From positions 88,474,001 to 88,538,000 of the forward strand of contig OX597822.1 in NCBI GenBank assembly GCA_951406725.2: a DNA stretch of 64,000 bases, written 5' to 3'. This DNA is from Octopus vulgaris (taxonomy: Eukaryota). The notes under the pieces were generated by a model, which was not told where the DNA came from, searched no databases, and saw only the letters and a list, made by a program, of their open reading frames with translations. Made by a program: the position numbers and the translations under genes. Shown piece by piece: positions 1 through 12,726 of this stretch; position 1 is the stretch's first letter; each line of letters starts with the position of its first letter.

Positions 1-121
1 TGGTTTGAATTCTGAGCTAGCTGGCATGCTCGACAGCAAAGCCTTTGAAAATAGGGTCGATTGCAGTACTGTGATTGCACCACTAGGGGGCAGTATGCTA
101 CATGATATTTGTCCACACACT
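1..121 (-). CDS. ADAMTS6: ADAMTS last exon in window: PLAC domain (ECVDKYHVAYCPLVVQSQYCNRPYFQRLCCRAC...), truncated by the window edge
   Basis: tttcag acceptor, phase 1; six-Cys PLAC pattern; no stop before position 1. Confidence 0.93.
62..95 (+). promoter_or_regulatory. CTCF-like motif (core plus upstream module) inside the PLAC exon
   Basis: CCACTAGGGGGCAG at 80-93 and TGCAGTAC at 62-69; sequence match only. Confidence 0.35.
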
Positions 122-373
122 CTGAAATAAGAAACATAAAGTTAGCATTATGAAGAACTGAATTTCAGAAATTAGGAAGTAGTATACAATAAGATTAACC
201 CCTTGCATTTGAACTAGCCATATCTGGCTCAAATATTCTACATGTTTTATGTTCAGGCCATCCAGATCTCACACCTACCCTACAATGTCATTCTAAAAGT
301 AAGTGATTATATCATTGAAATCTTGAAAAAAAAATACAGTAAAAGATCCCAAAATAAGTTGGGATCCACTAAC

Positions 374-536
374 CTTCAGTTCCCTCTTTATTTTCTTCTG
401 TGTGGGGACATGGGGTATTACATTCCTGGACAGAGGGGGGTTTTCTTCGACGAGCACACTTATTACTTGGACTCCCTGTTGAAGTCCTACACTTCACAGT
501 CCGATGTTTCTTCCCAGGACCACAAGAAACTGAACA
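374..536 (-). CDS. ADAMTS6: ADAMTS exon: TSR5 (CSVSCGPGKKHRTVKC...QECNTPCP...GTE)
   Basis: tttcag/gttagt; 163 nt; phase 0 to 1; not in the ORF track. Confidence 0.92.
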
Positions 537-2169
537 CTGAAATGGAATTTAAGTAATTTTTTCCTTTATTATAAATGGTATGCATCATCATCATCATCAT
601 TATCATCATTATCATCATCATTCTTTGACGTTCATTTTTCATATTGGCATGGGTTTGACCAAAGTTGGCAAGCTGGAGCGCTGCACCAGATTCCTGTATG
701 ATTTGGCTTGGTTTCTATGGCTGGATGCCCTTCTTAATGCCAACCACTTTACAATGTATGCTGGGTGCTTTTAATGTGGCACCAGCACAAGACACTTGCA
801 AGCCAATCCTTTTCACTAGGAGTAGTGGCCTTAACACTTCTGCTGTGGAGGATGGGTCTCTCAGTATTTCAGTCCATTTTAACATCTACTTTACAATACT
901 TGCTTGGGTTGGATAGAATTTGCTGAGGCCGATTTTCTATGACCAGATATCCTTCCTGCCACCAACTCACACCTGTTGTCAAGCAAAATACCATTTCCTT
1001 ATGTTCAGACATGTTTTGTTTTTTTTCACATGAAAATGAACAGTACTGCTTGTGTGATAGTAACACTCATTCACAACTATCACAAAATAAAGACAAAAAG
1101 ATACATCATACACTGACACACACAGGAAGGGACATCTGGTCAAAGAAAATCTACTTCAGTGAATTCTGTCTGAGCCATGCAAGCATCAAGTGGACATTAA
1201 ATTGATGATGATGATGATGATTAATAGTATTGACTGTATTGAATGGTAAAAAAAGATAAATTATAATGGAAAACCCAAACTAATTTTTTTAATCTCATCT
1301 GTTTAAATAGAACATTTTTTCTTCTCTCCAAGCACAAAATTTTATCATTTTAATCAGTACAAAAGAAATGAAATGTAATTTTTTGAGGTTGTTTTTTTTT
1401 CTTTTTTCTTTTTTCCTGTCTCTTAGACTCAGCTGTGACAGCATTATATAAATTCTATTCTAGTTATCCTTCAGGCATATACAGTGGAATTTCATCATGG
1501 CTTATATCCAACTCTCATTGAATCATTGAAAATCTATAACCTATGAAGGTTGTAAGTATATGTCTTGCAAACAACTTGCACATGCAAGTGCTACTAGTCA
1601 AAAACTCAGTATACCAGAAGCCAGCAAGTGTATGGGGTTATCAGGAAAGAATACGTGCCGTTTCGGGGCCTACCTCTCGACGGCATCAATGCACACAGGC
1701 CCCCCTCACTGATATGATGCCCCGCTTGCTAGATCAGTTGGTTATCAAATAAAGCTCAATATTCTTCTAGCCATCGCTCATCGTCTCTTTTTAACCAAAT
1801 CCAGTGATAAGTATACAACAAGAGACACAACAACCTCTTCTCTCCATCTTTCCCAGTCATTGAATAACGTTATGTTTCCTCTCAATTTGCTTCACTGCAA
1901 GGTTCATTGACATAAATTATGTTAAGATATATTGCTTACAGAAGCAGGACACACCTGTGCTAGCACCACATGGAAAGCACTCATGCTGGTACCATGTAAT
2001 AGCATTCATTCCAGCACCACGTAAAAGCATCCATGCTAGTGCCATGTAAAAAGCACCGAGCACACTCTGTGAAGTGGTTGGCATTAGGAAGGGCATTCAG
2101 CCATAGAAACCAAGTGAAGTCAGACTTGAACCTGGTGCAGTTCTCCTGCTTGCCAGCTCTGGTCAAACC

Positions 2170-2402
2170 TATTTCTTTACTACCCACAAGGGGCTAAACA
2201 CAGAGGGAACAAACAAGGACAGATGAACGGATTAAGTCGATTACATCGACCCCAGTGCATAACTGGTACTTAATTTATCGACCCCAAAAGGATGAAAGGC
2301 AAAGTCGACCTTGGCGGAATTTGAGCTCAGAACGTAACAGCAGGCGAAATACGGCTATGCATTTCGCCCGGCATGCTAATGTTTCTGCCAGCTCGCCGCC
2401 TT
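2170..2402 (-). mobile_element. tRNA-derived SINE (family A) inserted into an RTE-tail repeat
   Basis: ggcggcgagctggcagaa head, gagctcaaattcc B-box-like, gcctttcatcctttt core; TSD ggtcaaacc. Full or partial copies at ~16923-17340, 39782-40010, 52210-52442, 61860-62035, 63481-64000. Confidence 0.8.
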
Positions 2403-3300
2403 GGTCAAACCATCGAACCTATATCAGTATGGAAAACAAATATTAAAGGATGATGATGATGATAATGATGATGATGATGATGATAATGATGATGATTATA
2501 GTAACTTGATTTATTTAAATAATCAGCATTTAATTATGTAAAATAACACACTCTAAATTAGGAAAGAACATTAATAAAAATAAGTATTCCCTTATTTAAT
2601 ATTGTTTTCAATATTTTAAACCTGACCATGTCTCCACTCATGTTCACTATTCACTGCATTCACCTCTGTCCCTACCTTTATCCATCTACCTCTCTCTTTT
2701 CACACTCTCATGAACTTACTACCCATCCACCCAGTTCAGTCCTCTGGATCACTTTCTCTTATGTTCACTTTCTTGTAACTTAAGGGTACACCCTATCACT
2801 TCTTCACCGTCTTCTCTTCCTTTCCTACATATCTCCTCCACTGCAAGATACCTGTTTCTGTCCCTCTGTCATATTTTAACCTGTCATCACCTGGTATAAT
2901 GTCACCTGTCTCTGAACACTAGATCCCAACTCATTTGAGGAGTCTTGCCTTGCAAGTTACTTGGTTACCTCACTAGTGCTGGTGCTATGTACAAAGCACC
3001 CAGTACACTCTGTGAAGTGGTTGGCATTAGGAAAAACATCCAATTATAGAAATCATGCCAAAACAGACACTGGAACTTTGCACTGTTCTCTAGCTCATTG
3101 GTCCTAGTCAAGCTATCCAACCCATATCAGCATGGAAAACGAACATTAAATGGTGATGATGATAATATCAAAATTGTCAGTAATAGTATTCACAATAAAA
3201 GTAAAATCTGAAAAAATATTTTGAGAAAAAACATATTAAAAAAAATGATGAAATTGGTGACATTTTGAAAGAAATTTGACAGTAAATTCTTCAAACATAC

Positions 3301-3480
3301 CAGGCTCCAAGGTCCACGATCCCAGTGAGCTTGCTCACAGTTGTTGATCTCACACCAAGCTTGGCTGGGCAGTCGAGTTTTAGAGTCACACATACTTTCA
3401 TCTAGATTCCTGCGACTACTGCTGGACACACACCGTACCTCTCTTGTCTTTAACCGATTTCGACCACATTTTGGTACACA
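3301..3480 (-). CDS. ADAMTS6: ADAMTS exon: TSR4 (CVPKCGRNRLKTREVRC...HWDRGPWSL)
   Basis: tcatag/gtatgt; 180 nt; phase 0 to 0. Confidence 0.93.
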
Positions 3481-3710
3481 CTATGAAAGGAAAAATAAAT
3501 TTATACATTATTATAGCATCCAATTCCATGCCATAGCTCAAAGTTATACTATATTTACTATACTACACTGTAGCATATAGTACCATGCCACATCCAAAGA
3601 TATACTACACAGTGACAATTACAACAACAGCAGTAACAACTGAAGTTGACAAAGTTCAATACCTCTTTCAGTGAAGCTTCACATAATGAGTGATGGGCCA
3701 CAAGCTCCTC

Positions 3711-3961
3711 TCAAATGAGAGGTGTTCAATAAATCACTCAACCATAACACTTGGAAAATCAGTGAAGAATCCTCTCTATGCAGTGGCTTGTTCTGCAAGA
3801 AACAGCAACTATATTTCCACAAATCAAGCCCTACTCAGATGAGAGGAGTTCGATATCTCACTCAACCATAACACTTGGAAAATCAGTGAAGAATCCTCTC
3901 TATGCAGTGGCTTGTTCTGCAAGAAACAGCAACCATATTTCCACAAATCAAACCCTACTCA
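3711..3961. repeat. Tandem duplication of a ~124 bp unit
   Basis: tca(a/g)atgagagg...cactcaaccataacacttggaaaatcagtgaagaatcc...ccctactca occurs twice. Confidence 0.85.
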
Positions 3962-4437
3962 CTCAAAATAGGAATGACAGATAGAATAATGTAGTCATAG
4001 ATATAGAAAAAGGAAGGATGGTCAAAGTTGGGATATTTTCAATTATTATTATTGCATGATCTCAGCTGATCAAGAACTTGACAACAATTAAAAAGTTTTG
4101 TTGTGTCTAGGAAGAGTCCTTATGCCAATATTAATAGCACGCTCACTGGTTCAATTCCAGTCCTTTATTATTAGTCTGTTGGTTAAATATCTATCCAAAT
4201 AGCTAACCAATCATTTGTTTAATTTGTTGGTTAAACAGTCAGTTGTTTGTTTTGTTTTTTATTCATAACGACTCAGCCTAGGCACAACAAAATTTGTTTC
4301 AACACACAAATTCACATAAAAAAATCTTGCAAACCATATACAGAAATGAAACTAACAATTTGTTTAACCAAATAAAACATTTGTGCATTTCGTTAATTTA
4401 AAAAATTTTTTCTAATATCTAAAGAATATAAACTCAC

Positions 4438-4651
4438 CTCAGACCACTCCCAGGCCAGCCATATTGGTGGACAAACTTTATGATTACAAGACTCTTGAGA
4501 TTGCGGAGGTACTTGTGTGTTAGCACAGTCTTTATCTTCCAGAATCACCTCTTCATTGTCATCAATAAACTGGACACATATCACTGACCGTTTTCTGATG
4601 CCACCAGCACCACAACTCTGGCTACATTCAGTCCAGTTCCCAGTTTTCCAC
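4438..4651 (-). CDS. ADAMTS6: ADAMTS exon: TSR3 (WKTGNWTECSQSCGAGG...CPPIWLAWEWSE)
   Basis: ttccag/gtgagt; 214 nt; phase 2 to 0. Confidence 0.95.
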
Positions 4652-4962
4652 CTGGAAAAGGAGTAGAGGTTGTAAAACTGGCACAAGGTTTATTTTTACA
4701 AGAGTCTGATAACAATCTCTCAGGGTATATAGAATATATATGTATATATACTTTATTAATAAAGCTTCAAAGATATCACAAAAACTATTGCTCAGAGTTT
4801 CACATTCCCGTTCGATGAACAGGAACATGAAACTCTGAGTAACAGTTTTTGTGAAGTCTTTCCAACTTTATTAATAAAGCATATTACACTACCTCTGGTA
4901 TTCGAGTACTATTTTTTCTACCTTGTTTCACGTTTATGTGCTTACTCTGGTAAATACACACA

Positions 4963-5165
4963 CACGAGGAGACACTGAAAAGTTCCTGGCTTTGGGTAAA
5001 AGAAAATACAGGAGGATCAGTTAATTATGATTTTATTGAACATATTCCCCTCCCAGATGCACATACTTATTGCAACAGTCCTTCAGTTTTTCTAAGCCCT
5101 GTAAAAGAACTCAGAAGTTTGGGTATCCAACCAAGCTTTCCATGACACCTTTAAAGCACCCCTCT
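4963..5165 (-). mobile_element. Internally deleted mariner remnant
   Basis: TIR-like cgaggagacactgaaaagttcctggc; minus strand encodes GLEKLKDCCNKYVHLGGEYVQ*, a mariner C-terminus. Confidence 0.65.
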
Positions 5166-5386
5166 CACATATACATATATATATATATATGTTGAAGCAC
5201 ATAGGCTCGAAACATAAAAGATTTTCTCACCTTCCTGAGCATTAAACTAATACACCTGTTTGTTGTTTACACACCCTTCTTCATCTTTTGTTCTGTAAAT
5301 TTCAACTATATATATGTATATGCACATATAGATACACACACAGACACATATATATACATATGTATATATACACACACACATATATA

Positions 5387-5418
<32 letters not shown>

Positions 5419-5599
5419 GGGAGATTTTACGAAAAAAACAAAAGACGAAGACAGGTGGTGTACAAAACAAATAGATGTATTAGTATAACGCTCAGGAATA
5501 GAAAAAGTCTTTTACATTTCGAGCCTACGCTCTTCTACAGAAAGGGACACAGAAAAAACAAGGAGAGAAACAAGGAGAGAAAAAATGCATGTAGTGGGA

Positions 5600-6850
5600 A
5601 AGATGTAAAATGCTAAACAATGTAAATAGATTTTAAGATGAGGTAACATAAACTAAAAGTAAGTTATCTAGTAATCTTTTGTCTTATGTGTATCCAATAT
5701 TTCGGAACATACAAGTCCCTTCTTCAGGGTTAAAAAGGAATTGTCCTTGGTTAGATGTTTCTTGTCGGAAATAAAATAATTTTATGATTATATTTGAATT
5801 TTCAAGCATTTCTCTTCCTTGTGAATGTTAGTGACATCAGTTATTAACTTATCGCTCCACAAATCAATTTCCATTACCTCTTTTCTAATGTGTAGCACAT
5901 GTGTCTGCATGTATGTCATGTTATGTATTGCGTGCCCAGCTCCAATCTATTATTTATTTGTGGGTTTAATTTATAGATGTGGAGGCGCATGGCTTAGTGG
6001 TTAGGGTGTCAGCATCATGATCATAAGATTGTGGTTTTGATTCCTGAACCAGGCAATGCATTGTGTTCTTGAGCAAAACACTTCATTTCATGTTGTTCCA
6101 GTCCACTCAGCTGGCAAAAATTAGTAACGCTGTGATGGACTGGCGTCCCGTCCAGGTGGGGAACACATACGTCATAGAAACCAGGAAACCGGGCCCATGA
6201 GTCTGGCTAGGCTTTAAAAGGGTGCATTTATTGAGGAGGCACAATGGCCCAGTGGTTAGGGCAGCGGACTCGTGGTCGGAGGATCGTGGTTTCGATTCCT
6301 AGACTGGGCATTGTGTGTTTATTGAGTGAAAACACCTAAAAGCTCCACAAGGCTCTGACGGGGGTCATGGCGACCCCTGTTGTACTCTTTCGCCACAACT
6401 TTCACTCTCTCTTTCTGTTTCTTGAATAACGCTGTGATGGACTGGCGTCCCGTCCAGCTGGGGGGAACACATATGCCACAGAAACCAGGAAACCGGGCCC
6501 ATAAGCCTGGCTAGGCTTGTAAAGGTCGACGTTTATCATTAATTTATAGATAATCAAAGCTTCCTTAATTCTTAAGTTGCCAAGATTTCTATCATTGTCT
6601 TCAATAGTAACTTTAATTTGTTTGTTGGTATTTTACATTTATCAATGTGTTTTTTGAAGAAAGATGTGTTGAGATGTTCCTTAATGCGCGAATGCAAAGT
6701 TCGAGTTGTGTTGCCGATCTAAAATGCCTTACATTTGTTGCATTCTCTTCAGTATGCTACACATTTATCTAAACTGAAACAAATGTTTACCACGTTCATA
6801 CTTGAATCTTTTATGTTTCTACAATATCTTTTACTTTTATTCATTCTCAA
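5600..6850 (-). mobile_element. Penelope-like element 3' part (GIY-YIG endonuclease remnant plus terminus with hammerhead-like motif), split by a SINE insertion
   Basis: ECNKCKAF*IGNTTRTLHSRIKEHL...LRIKEALIIYK continues as LNPQINNR across the insertion; CUGAAGA...GAAAUAUU at 5691-5732. Confidence 0.8.
5979..6538 (+). mobile_element. Two tandem tRNA-derived SINEs inside one TSD pair
   Basis: Heads gtggaggcgcatggcttagtggttaggg and gaggaggcacaatggcccagtggttaggg; shared tail gatggactggcgtcccgtccag; TSD ttaatttatagat at 5966-5978 and 6539-6551. Confidence 0.8.
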
Positions 6851-7214
6851 ACTGGATGGGCTTATAACAAGCCAACCAACACAAAAAAAAACATCTAGTG
6901 TGACTTCTTTATAAATGTACCTGAAGAGACCCAGACTGATGGGTCGAAACATATGTACCTAATAAAAGTCTAATCCAAAATCCATCTCCTGCTATCAATT
7001 AATACTATTACCCTAACTGTCACTGCAAAGTTCCTGAAGTAAATCCAATGGAAGTGTACCACAACTACGGATGACAACAGGTGGCCTAAACTGTGTCGGT
7101 GATCTACTCAACATTTAAACCCACTAATCTAATTATACATATATTTCTAAATTTTCTATTTTTATATATATATTTATATACACAATGTGTACATATATTG
7201 TATATATATATATT

Positions 7215-8152
7215 CAGGGTGTGGTGAGTAAACTGTCGTCTAAATTATGCAAAAATGAAAATGACTTGTCATTTTAACATATATTTACCAAAATTTCGTT
7301 AAAATATCTTGAAATACCAAAGAGTAAATTTACTCAATAAAATCAACATTAGCTTCAACCACAGCCTACAGACGACTTTGGAATCTCCTGAAACTCTTCT
7401 GGATGGTCTCCTTGTTTATGTTGGTGAATGCTACCATGATCCTTGCCTTTAGTTCATCTTTGGTGTTACAAGGAGTTTTGTTGGTTTCTCGCTCGACTGC
7501 ACCCCACACATAATAATCAAGAGATTTCAAGCCTGAGGAGTTAGGGAGCCAGATGTTAGGGGTGATGTGGTCACTGAAATTGTCTAACAGACATGATTAG
7601 GTTCTCCTGCTTGTGCAGCATGGTGCAGAGTCCTGTTGCTAGACATAGGGTCTGCACCATGCCTTCAAGGGGGTGGCTGCTTCTGCACCATGCCTTCAAG
7701 AGGGTGGGTGCTGGAAGTAGCCACCCTCTTAACTCAGGGCAGCACTACCTCCTCCAGGTATTTGATGTAGGCCTCTCTGTTGAGTCTGAGGTCATGTGGG
7801 AAAGTGAATGGAGGCATAATATCACCATCACTAGTGATTACTCCAGACATCATGATGTTGACCGGATGTTTGATTTTTATCTCTTTCAGTACATGTCCTC
7901 AGATTGTACTGTCCTCAAATTGATACCCAAACACTCTGAAATGTCTGTATCGGAACTTCTGGCACAAATACCAAGCAGTAGAGCATGTCACTCCCAAATT
8001 TCTGGCAGAGTGAATTGCGTCATGGTGCTGTTTTTCTCACAGATGATGCCCAACTGACCCTACTATACTGTGTAGTTGATAAAATCAAAAACAAACAATG
8101 CACATGCACGAAATTAAAAATATAAAATGGCGATAATTTACCCATCAAACCC

Positions 8153-8154
<2 letters not shown>
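7215..8154 (-). mobile_element. Defective Tc1/mariner-superfamily transposon, maT (DD37D) type
   Basis: TIRs cagggtgtggtgagtaaactgtcg and cgataatttacccatcaaaccctg; QQDSAPC...WLPNSSGLKSLDYYVWG with 37 residues between the last two Asp; in-frame stops. Confidence 0.85.
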
Positions 8155-8202
<48 letters not shown>

Positions 8203-8437
8203 CAGACACACACGATGTGATGGGTAAATTGTCGCTATTTTATTCTGTACGACTTCTTTCTTCCCTCTCTCTTTTTCTCTCTCCCTTTCTCTAACTTTCT
8301 TGGCATTCTCTGTGAGTGTATGTGTGTGTATATCTATATGAAATTTCCTTTAAGTATTTGTACATATATACTTATAGAGAAACAGTAACAGGAACACAGG
8401 AAAATGTCAATACAATTCCAGACACACAAACAGGTAG

Positions 8438-8471
<34 letters not shown>

Positions 8472-8577
8472 ATAGACAGTTAGGTAGGCATGGAGGCAAA
8501 CCCACTTAAAGACTGACACCATAACCCACAGAGAAAACAGGTCAAATATTGGTACAGTAAGACACATGCACATGCAT

Positions 8578-8625
<48 letters not shown>

Positions 8626-8845
8626 ACACACATTGTACAATAAAATGAAGCTATATCAGTTGTTAGCCTTGAATCAGAGATTAGAGTGTTGTGAATGTTC
8701 TGACATGTTCTCATCTTAAGAGATAAATAATTTTGCGAATCACACTTGAATTATTCTCACATTAAAGTAATAGGATTCAACAAACTCCACTAATAAACAA
8801 TCAAATAGATTTATATTGAGATATGCCAATGAGGAGGCTCTATAT

Positions 8846-9323
8846 CAGTGGTTTCTCAACCTTTTTACCCTTGCGTAACCCTTAAAATACATTACAAGCC
8901 TCAAGGATCCCCTGCGCAATAAAAATTATATATCATATCTTTCTATTTTTTTCATTGTGGTAAATATCATATATATATATATATCATTGTGATCACCGTG
9001 ACCGACCAGACTATCAGATGTTGCTACACATCGCTGGTCATAACGCGCTTTGCATTGTTTTAGCCTTCAAGTGACGCCACCCCGCTGGCTAAGCGAGCAG
9101 GCCAACAGAAGAAAGAGTGAGAGAAAGTTGTGGCGAAAGAGTACAGCAGGGATCGCCACCACACCCTGCCGGAGCTTCATGGAGCTTTAAGTGTTTTCGC
9201 TCAATAAACTCTCACAATGCCCAGTCTGGGAATTGAAACCGCGATCCTACAACTGTGAGTCCGCTGCCCTAACCACTGGGCCATTGCGGCTCATCTATAT
9301 GTGTGTGTGTGTGTGTGTGTGTG

Positions 9324-9381
<58 letters not shown>

Positions 9382-9629
9382 CAAAATGGGGTGATTATAA
9401 TCACCTCATTTTGAATCATATGGATAATACCATACTAAATTCTGGTGCCTTTAACTTAAGTACCATATTCAACTGAATCTAAATTTTACTGAACTTATAT
9501 ATATATATATCATCATCATCGTCGTTTAACGTCCGTTCTCCATGCTAGCATGGGTTGGACGGTTCGACCGGGGTTCTGGGAAGCCAGAAGGCTGCACCAG
9601 GCTCCAGTCTAATCTGGCAATGTTTCTAC

Positions 9630-9680
<51 letters not shown>

Positions 9681-9827
9681 TCCATAAATTACAGACATCA
9701 CTAAATATATCCCCAATAATATGTTGTGCATGTATACTAATATCATGTTCATGAAATTAGCATTAGCTTTTCTCACTCTTTCTTGTGGAACCCTAGGGTT
9801 CTGGGCAACCTCAGTTGAGAAATGCTG
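8846..9827. mobile_element. Non-autonomous hAT (Charlie-like) element carrying nested SINE pieces and (TA)n
   Basis: TIRs cagtggtttctcaac and gttgagaaatgctg; perfect 8-bp TSD CTCTATAT. Confidence 0.88.
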
Positions 9828-10544
9828 CTCTATATAGATACTTGATCTATCAGAAATAACAGCCAACTTTTCCTTTCCATAACCCTTTTGTTACCATATT
9901 TCTGCTTAAATATATTGCCTTTGCTTATTTAAATAATGTTGAAAATAATGAAGAATTCATCAAAATAACCGGTATTTGGAACGTAAATTAGCATGAAATT
10001 TTTATGGTATTTTTAGTTTACATCACTTTAAAACAGGAAATTTACATCATAAAACCATAGCTTGTTTCAGGCAAAGTTGACCTCAACAGAACTTGAACTC
10101 AGAACATAGCAATAGGCGAAATACCAGTAAGCATTTCGTCCAGCATGCTAATGATTCTGTCAGTTCACCACCTTAATAACAGTAATAATGATGATAATAA
10201 TAATAACCCTTTCTACATTAGGCACAAGGCCTGAAATTTTGGAAGAAGGAGTTTGTCAATTACATCAATCCTAGTGCTCAATTGATACATTGACCTTGAA
10301 AGACACTGAAAGACAAAGTCAACTTCAGTGATATTTGAACTCAGAACATAAAATCAGAAGGAATTACGTTCTCTAAGTTCAAATGCCACTGAGGTCTTTT
10401 TCCTTTAAAAAAATAAGTCAATTCTTGCAGCAATAAAAATAATGGTTGGAACTGTTATGATAATGACTATGATGTTGATAATGATGATGATGGTGGTTAA
10501 TAAGAGGAGAAGGAAACATAGAGAAAGAAGTAAAAAATACTTAC

Positions 10545-10674
10545 TGGGGTGGGCATGGCTGTAAGTTGCACCATTGGTTTAGCTGTCCAGGCTTTGGCTG
10601 TGGAGAACACAATGCTTCATTCACAGGTATACCATTTGCTTCCATCCGACACATAGGGGTGGCAACACTCTGAC
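10545..10674 (-). CDS. ADAMTS6: ADAMTS exon: TSR2 (GQSVATPMC...LCSPQPKP...CNLQPCPP)
   Basis: tttcag/gtaagt; 130 nt; phase 1 to 2. Confidence 0.93.
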
Positions 10675-11860
10675 CTGAAAATAATATGTATATGCATATA
10701 TATATATTTATGGCTATCATCATTATCACCATCATCATTTATTACCACAATCCCCACCAACATCATCAACAGCATCACCCCCACCGCCATCATCCCACCA
10801 TCATCACCTTCACCACCACAACCAGCATTATCATTGTCCTCCACATCATATTTATGTCTGTTTTTTCATGCTAACATGAATCAAATGAAGACTTATGGAG
10901 GCATTATCCTATGGACAGATGCCCCTTCTGTCACAAACCTTTAGCTGTTTTCCAATCCACAATCTTCAAAAGTCAAAACCACAGAGCATTAGGGAGTGTT
11001 GTTTAGAGGAATTATATAACCATGACATCACCACTTTGCTTAAATGATGTCAAGTGAAGATATGCTGAAAAGAAACCTTCACATGCATGCATATGCACAC
11101 GTGTGCATGTGCACACATGGTGGGATCGGGATGGAGAGAGGTGGGAGGGGAGGGAGAGAGAGAGATGGGGAAGAGGTGCTGGTGAGTGAAATGTGTATTT
11201 TTTTTACCTAAGTTTTTTCCTGTTACTTAGCCTGTCTGTAACACTTTCACATGAATAGTTGGAGGGAAAGGCAAAGAGTAAGAGAGAAAGAGGGAGAGTG
11301 CTGTGTAATAAGTCCATAAAATTGTGCATAAAGTGTATATATAAAGTGCATTAAGTAATCATCATATTTCAATTTCCTTCATTTTTCAATGATTAGCAGA
11401 CGAGCAACTGTCTTTTGATACAAACACAACACAGGCTACGTTTTCAGATTTTTTTGGACAAAGTTTTCAGAAATAACCCAATAAGTTTGCCATTAATTCT
11501 GTGAAATATTCACAGGTTCCTCTAGTATAGTATATTATTGTGACTAGAAGTGAAATGACTTTGCAAAATAGCTGGGAATTCTATATTTTTAAAATTTGCA
11601 ATGGAATTGAAATTAATCATGTAAATAAAAACATTGTGTATATCTATAATATTATGTACAGTAATTGTATATAATGTAAAGTAATTATGACAAAATATTG
11701 CATAATATTGTATTGATCAATAATATATTGATCTTGCAGTTCCAATTGAATTAAATACTAATGAATGTGCATTAAGTATTGTACAAATTGTTATTGTATA
11801 TTTTTGTAGGATTTATTGCACAGACAACAATGTGATTTATATGCAATAAAAATGCAAACA

Positions 11861-12230
11861 ATCATCATCATCATCATCATCGTTTAACGTCCGCTTTCCA
11901 TGCTAGCATGGGTTGGATGGTTCAACCAGGTTCTGGGAAGCCAGGAGGCTGCACCAGGCTCCAGTCTGATCTGGAAGTGTTTCTACAGCTTGATGCCCTT
12001 CCTAACGCCAACCACTCCATGAGTGTAGTGGGTGCTTTTTACGTGCCACCGGCACAGGTGCCAGGGGAGATTGGCAACGGCCATGATCAGTTGGTGCTTT
12101 TTACGTGACACCGGCACAGAAGCCAGTCAAGGCAGCGCTGGCATCAGCCGCGTACAGATGGTGCTTTTTTAGGTGCTGCCAGCACATGTGCCAGGGTAGG
12201 CTGGCAACGGTCACGATTGGTTGGTGCTTT
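11861..12230 (-). mobile_element. RTE-type 3'-tail repeat with (GAT)n end and internal gtgcttttacgtgccaccggcac tandem units
   Basis: Same family at ~580-800, 1950-2495, 9511-9630, 16730-17415, 21481-21975, 28428-28660, 30907-31217. Confidence 0.65.
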
Positions 12231-12587
12231 CTTTCTTAATAGCTCCACTTAATTTTTATCATTCCATGGAATTCCCACAGCTCCCACTAATATTTTATTC
12301 ACTGTTGCTTTGTATGACAATATTCATTTAATTCTCAACAAATTTTGTTTGACCAAATGGGCATGGGAAAGTGGACATTAAAATGATGATGATGATATAT
12401 TACTGTGGCCAGCTGGAGCAACACCTTGAAGACTGTTTTACCTTATTGCATTCTCATATCAAACTGTTTCACTTAGATTTCTAATTCATATGAAAAGGGT
12501 GCATAAATATCACAACTCTCATTTCATTTCCAGTAGAAAATCCCCAAGCCTAGTGTCTATTTGAAGGGAATAAAAATTGTTATTTAC

Positions 12588-12726
12588 CTTTACCACATGT
12601 CTTTGAACATTCAGACCAGTTGGAATGTTTCCATGAATATTTTGTGACATCATGTGAGGTCTTGTTAGCCTCAAATGGTACGTTATATTCATAAGTAATC
12701 CCAGTGTTTTCTTCTTGCAACAAAAC
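12588..12726 (-). CDS. ADAMTS6: ADAMTS exon (VLLQEENTGITYEYNVP...WKHSNWSECSKTCGK)
   Basis: ttgcag/gtaaat; 139 nt; phase 0 to 1. Confidence 0.94.

Noticed and set aside
242-556. 104-aa plus-strand ORF
   Set aside because: Antisense shadow of the TSR5 exon plus a MITE fragment.
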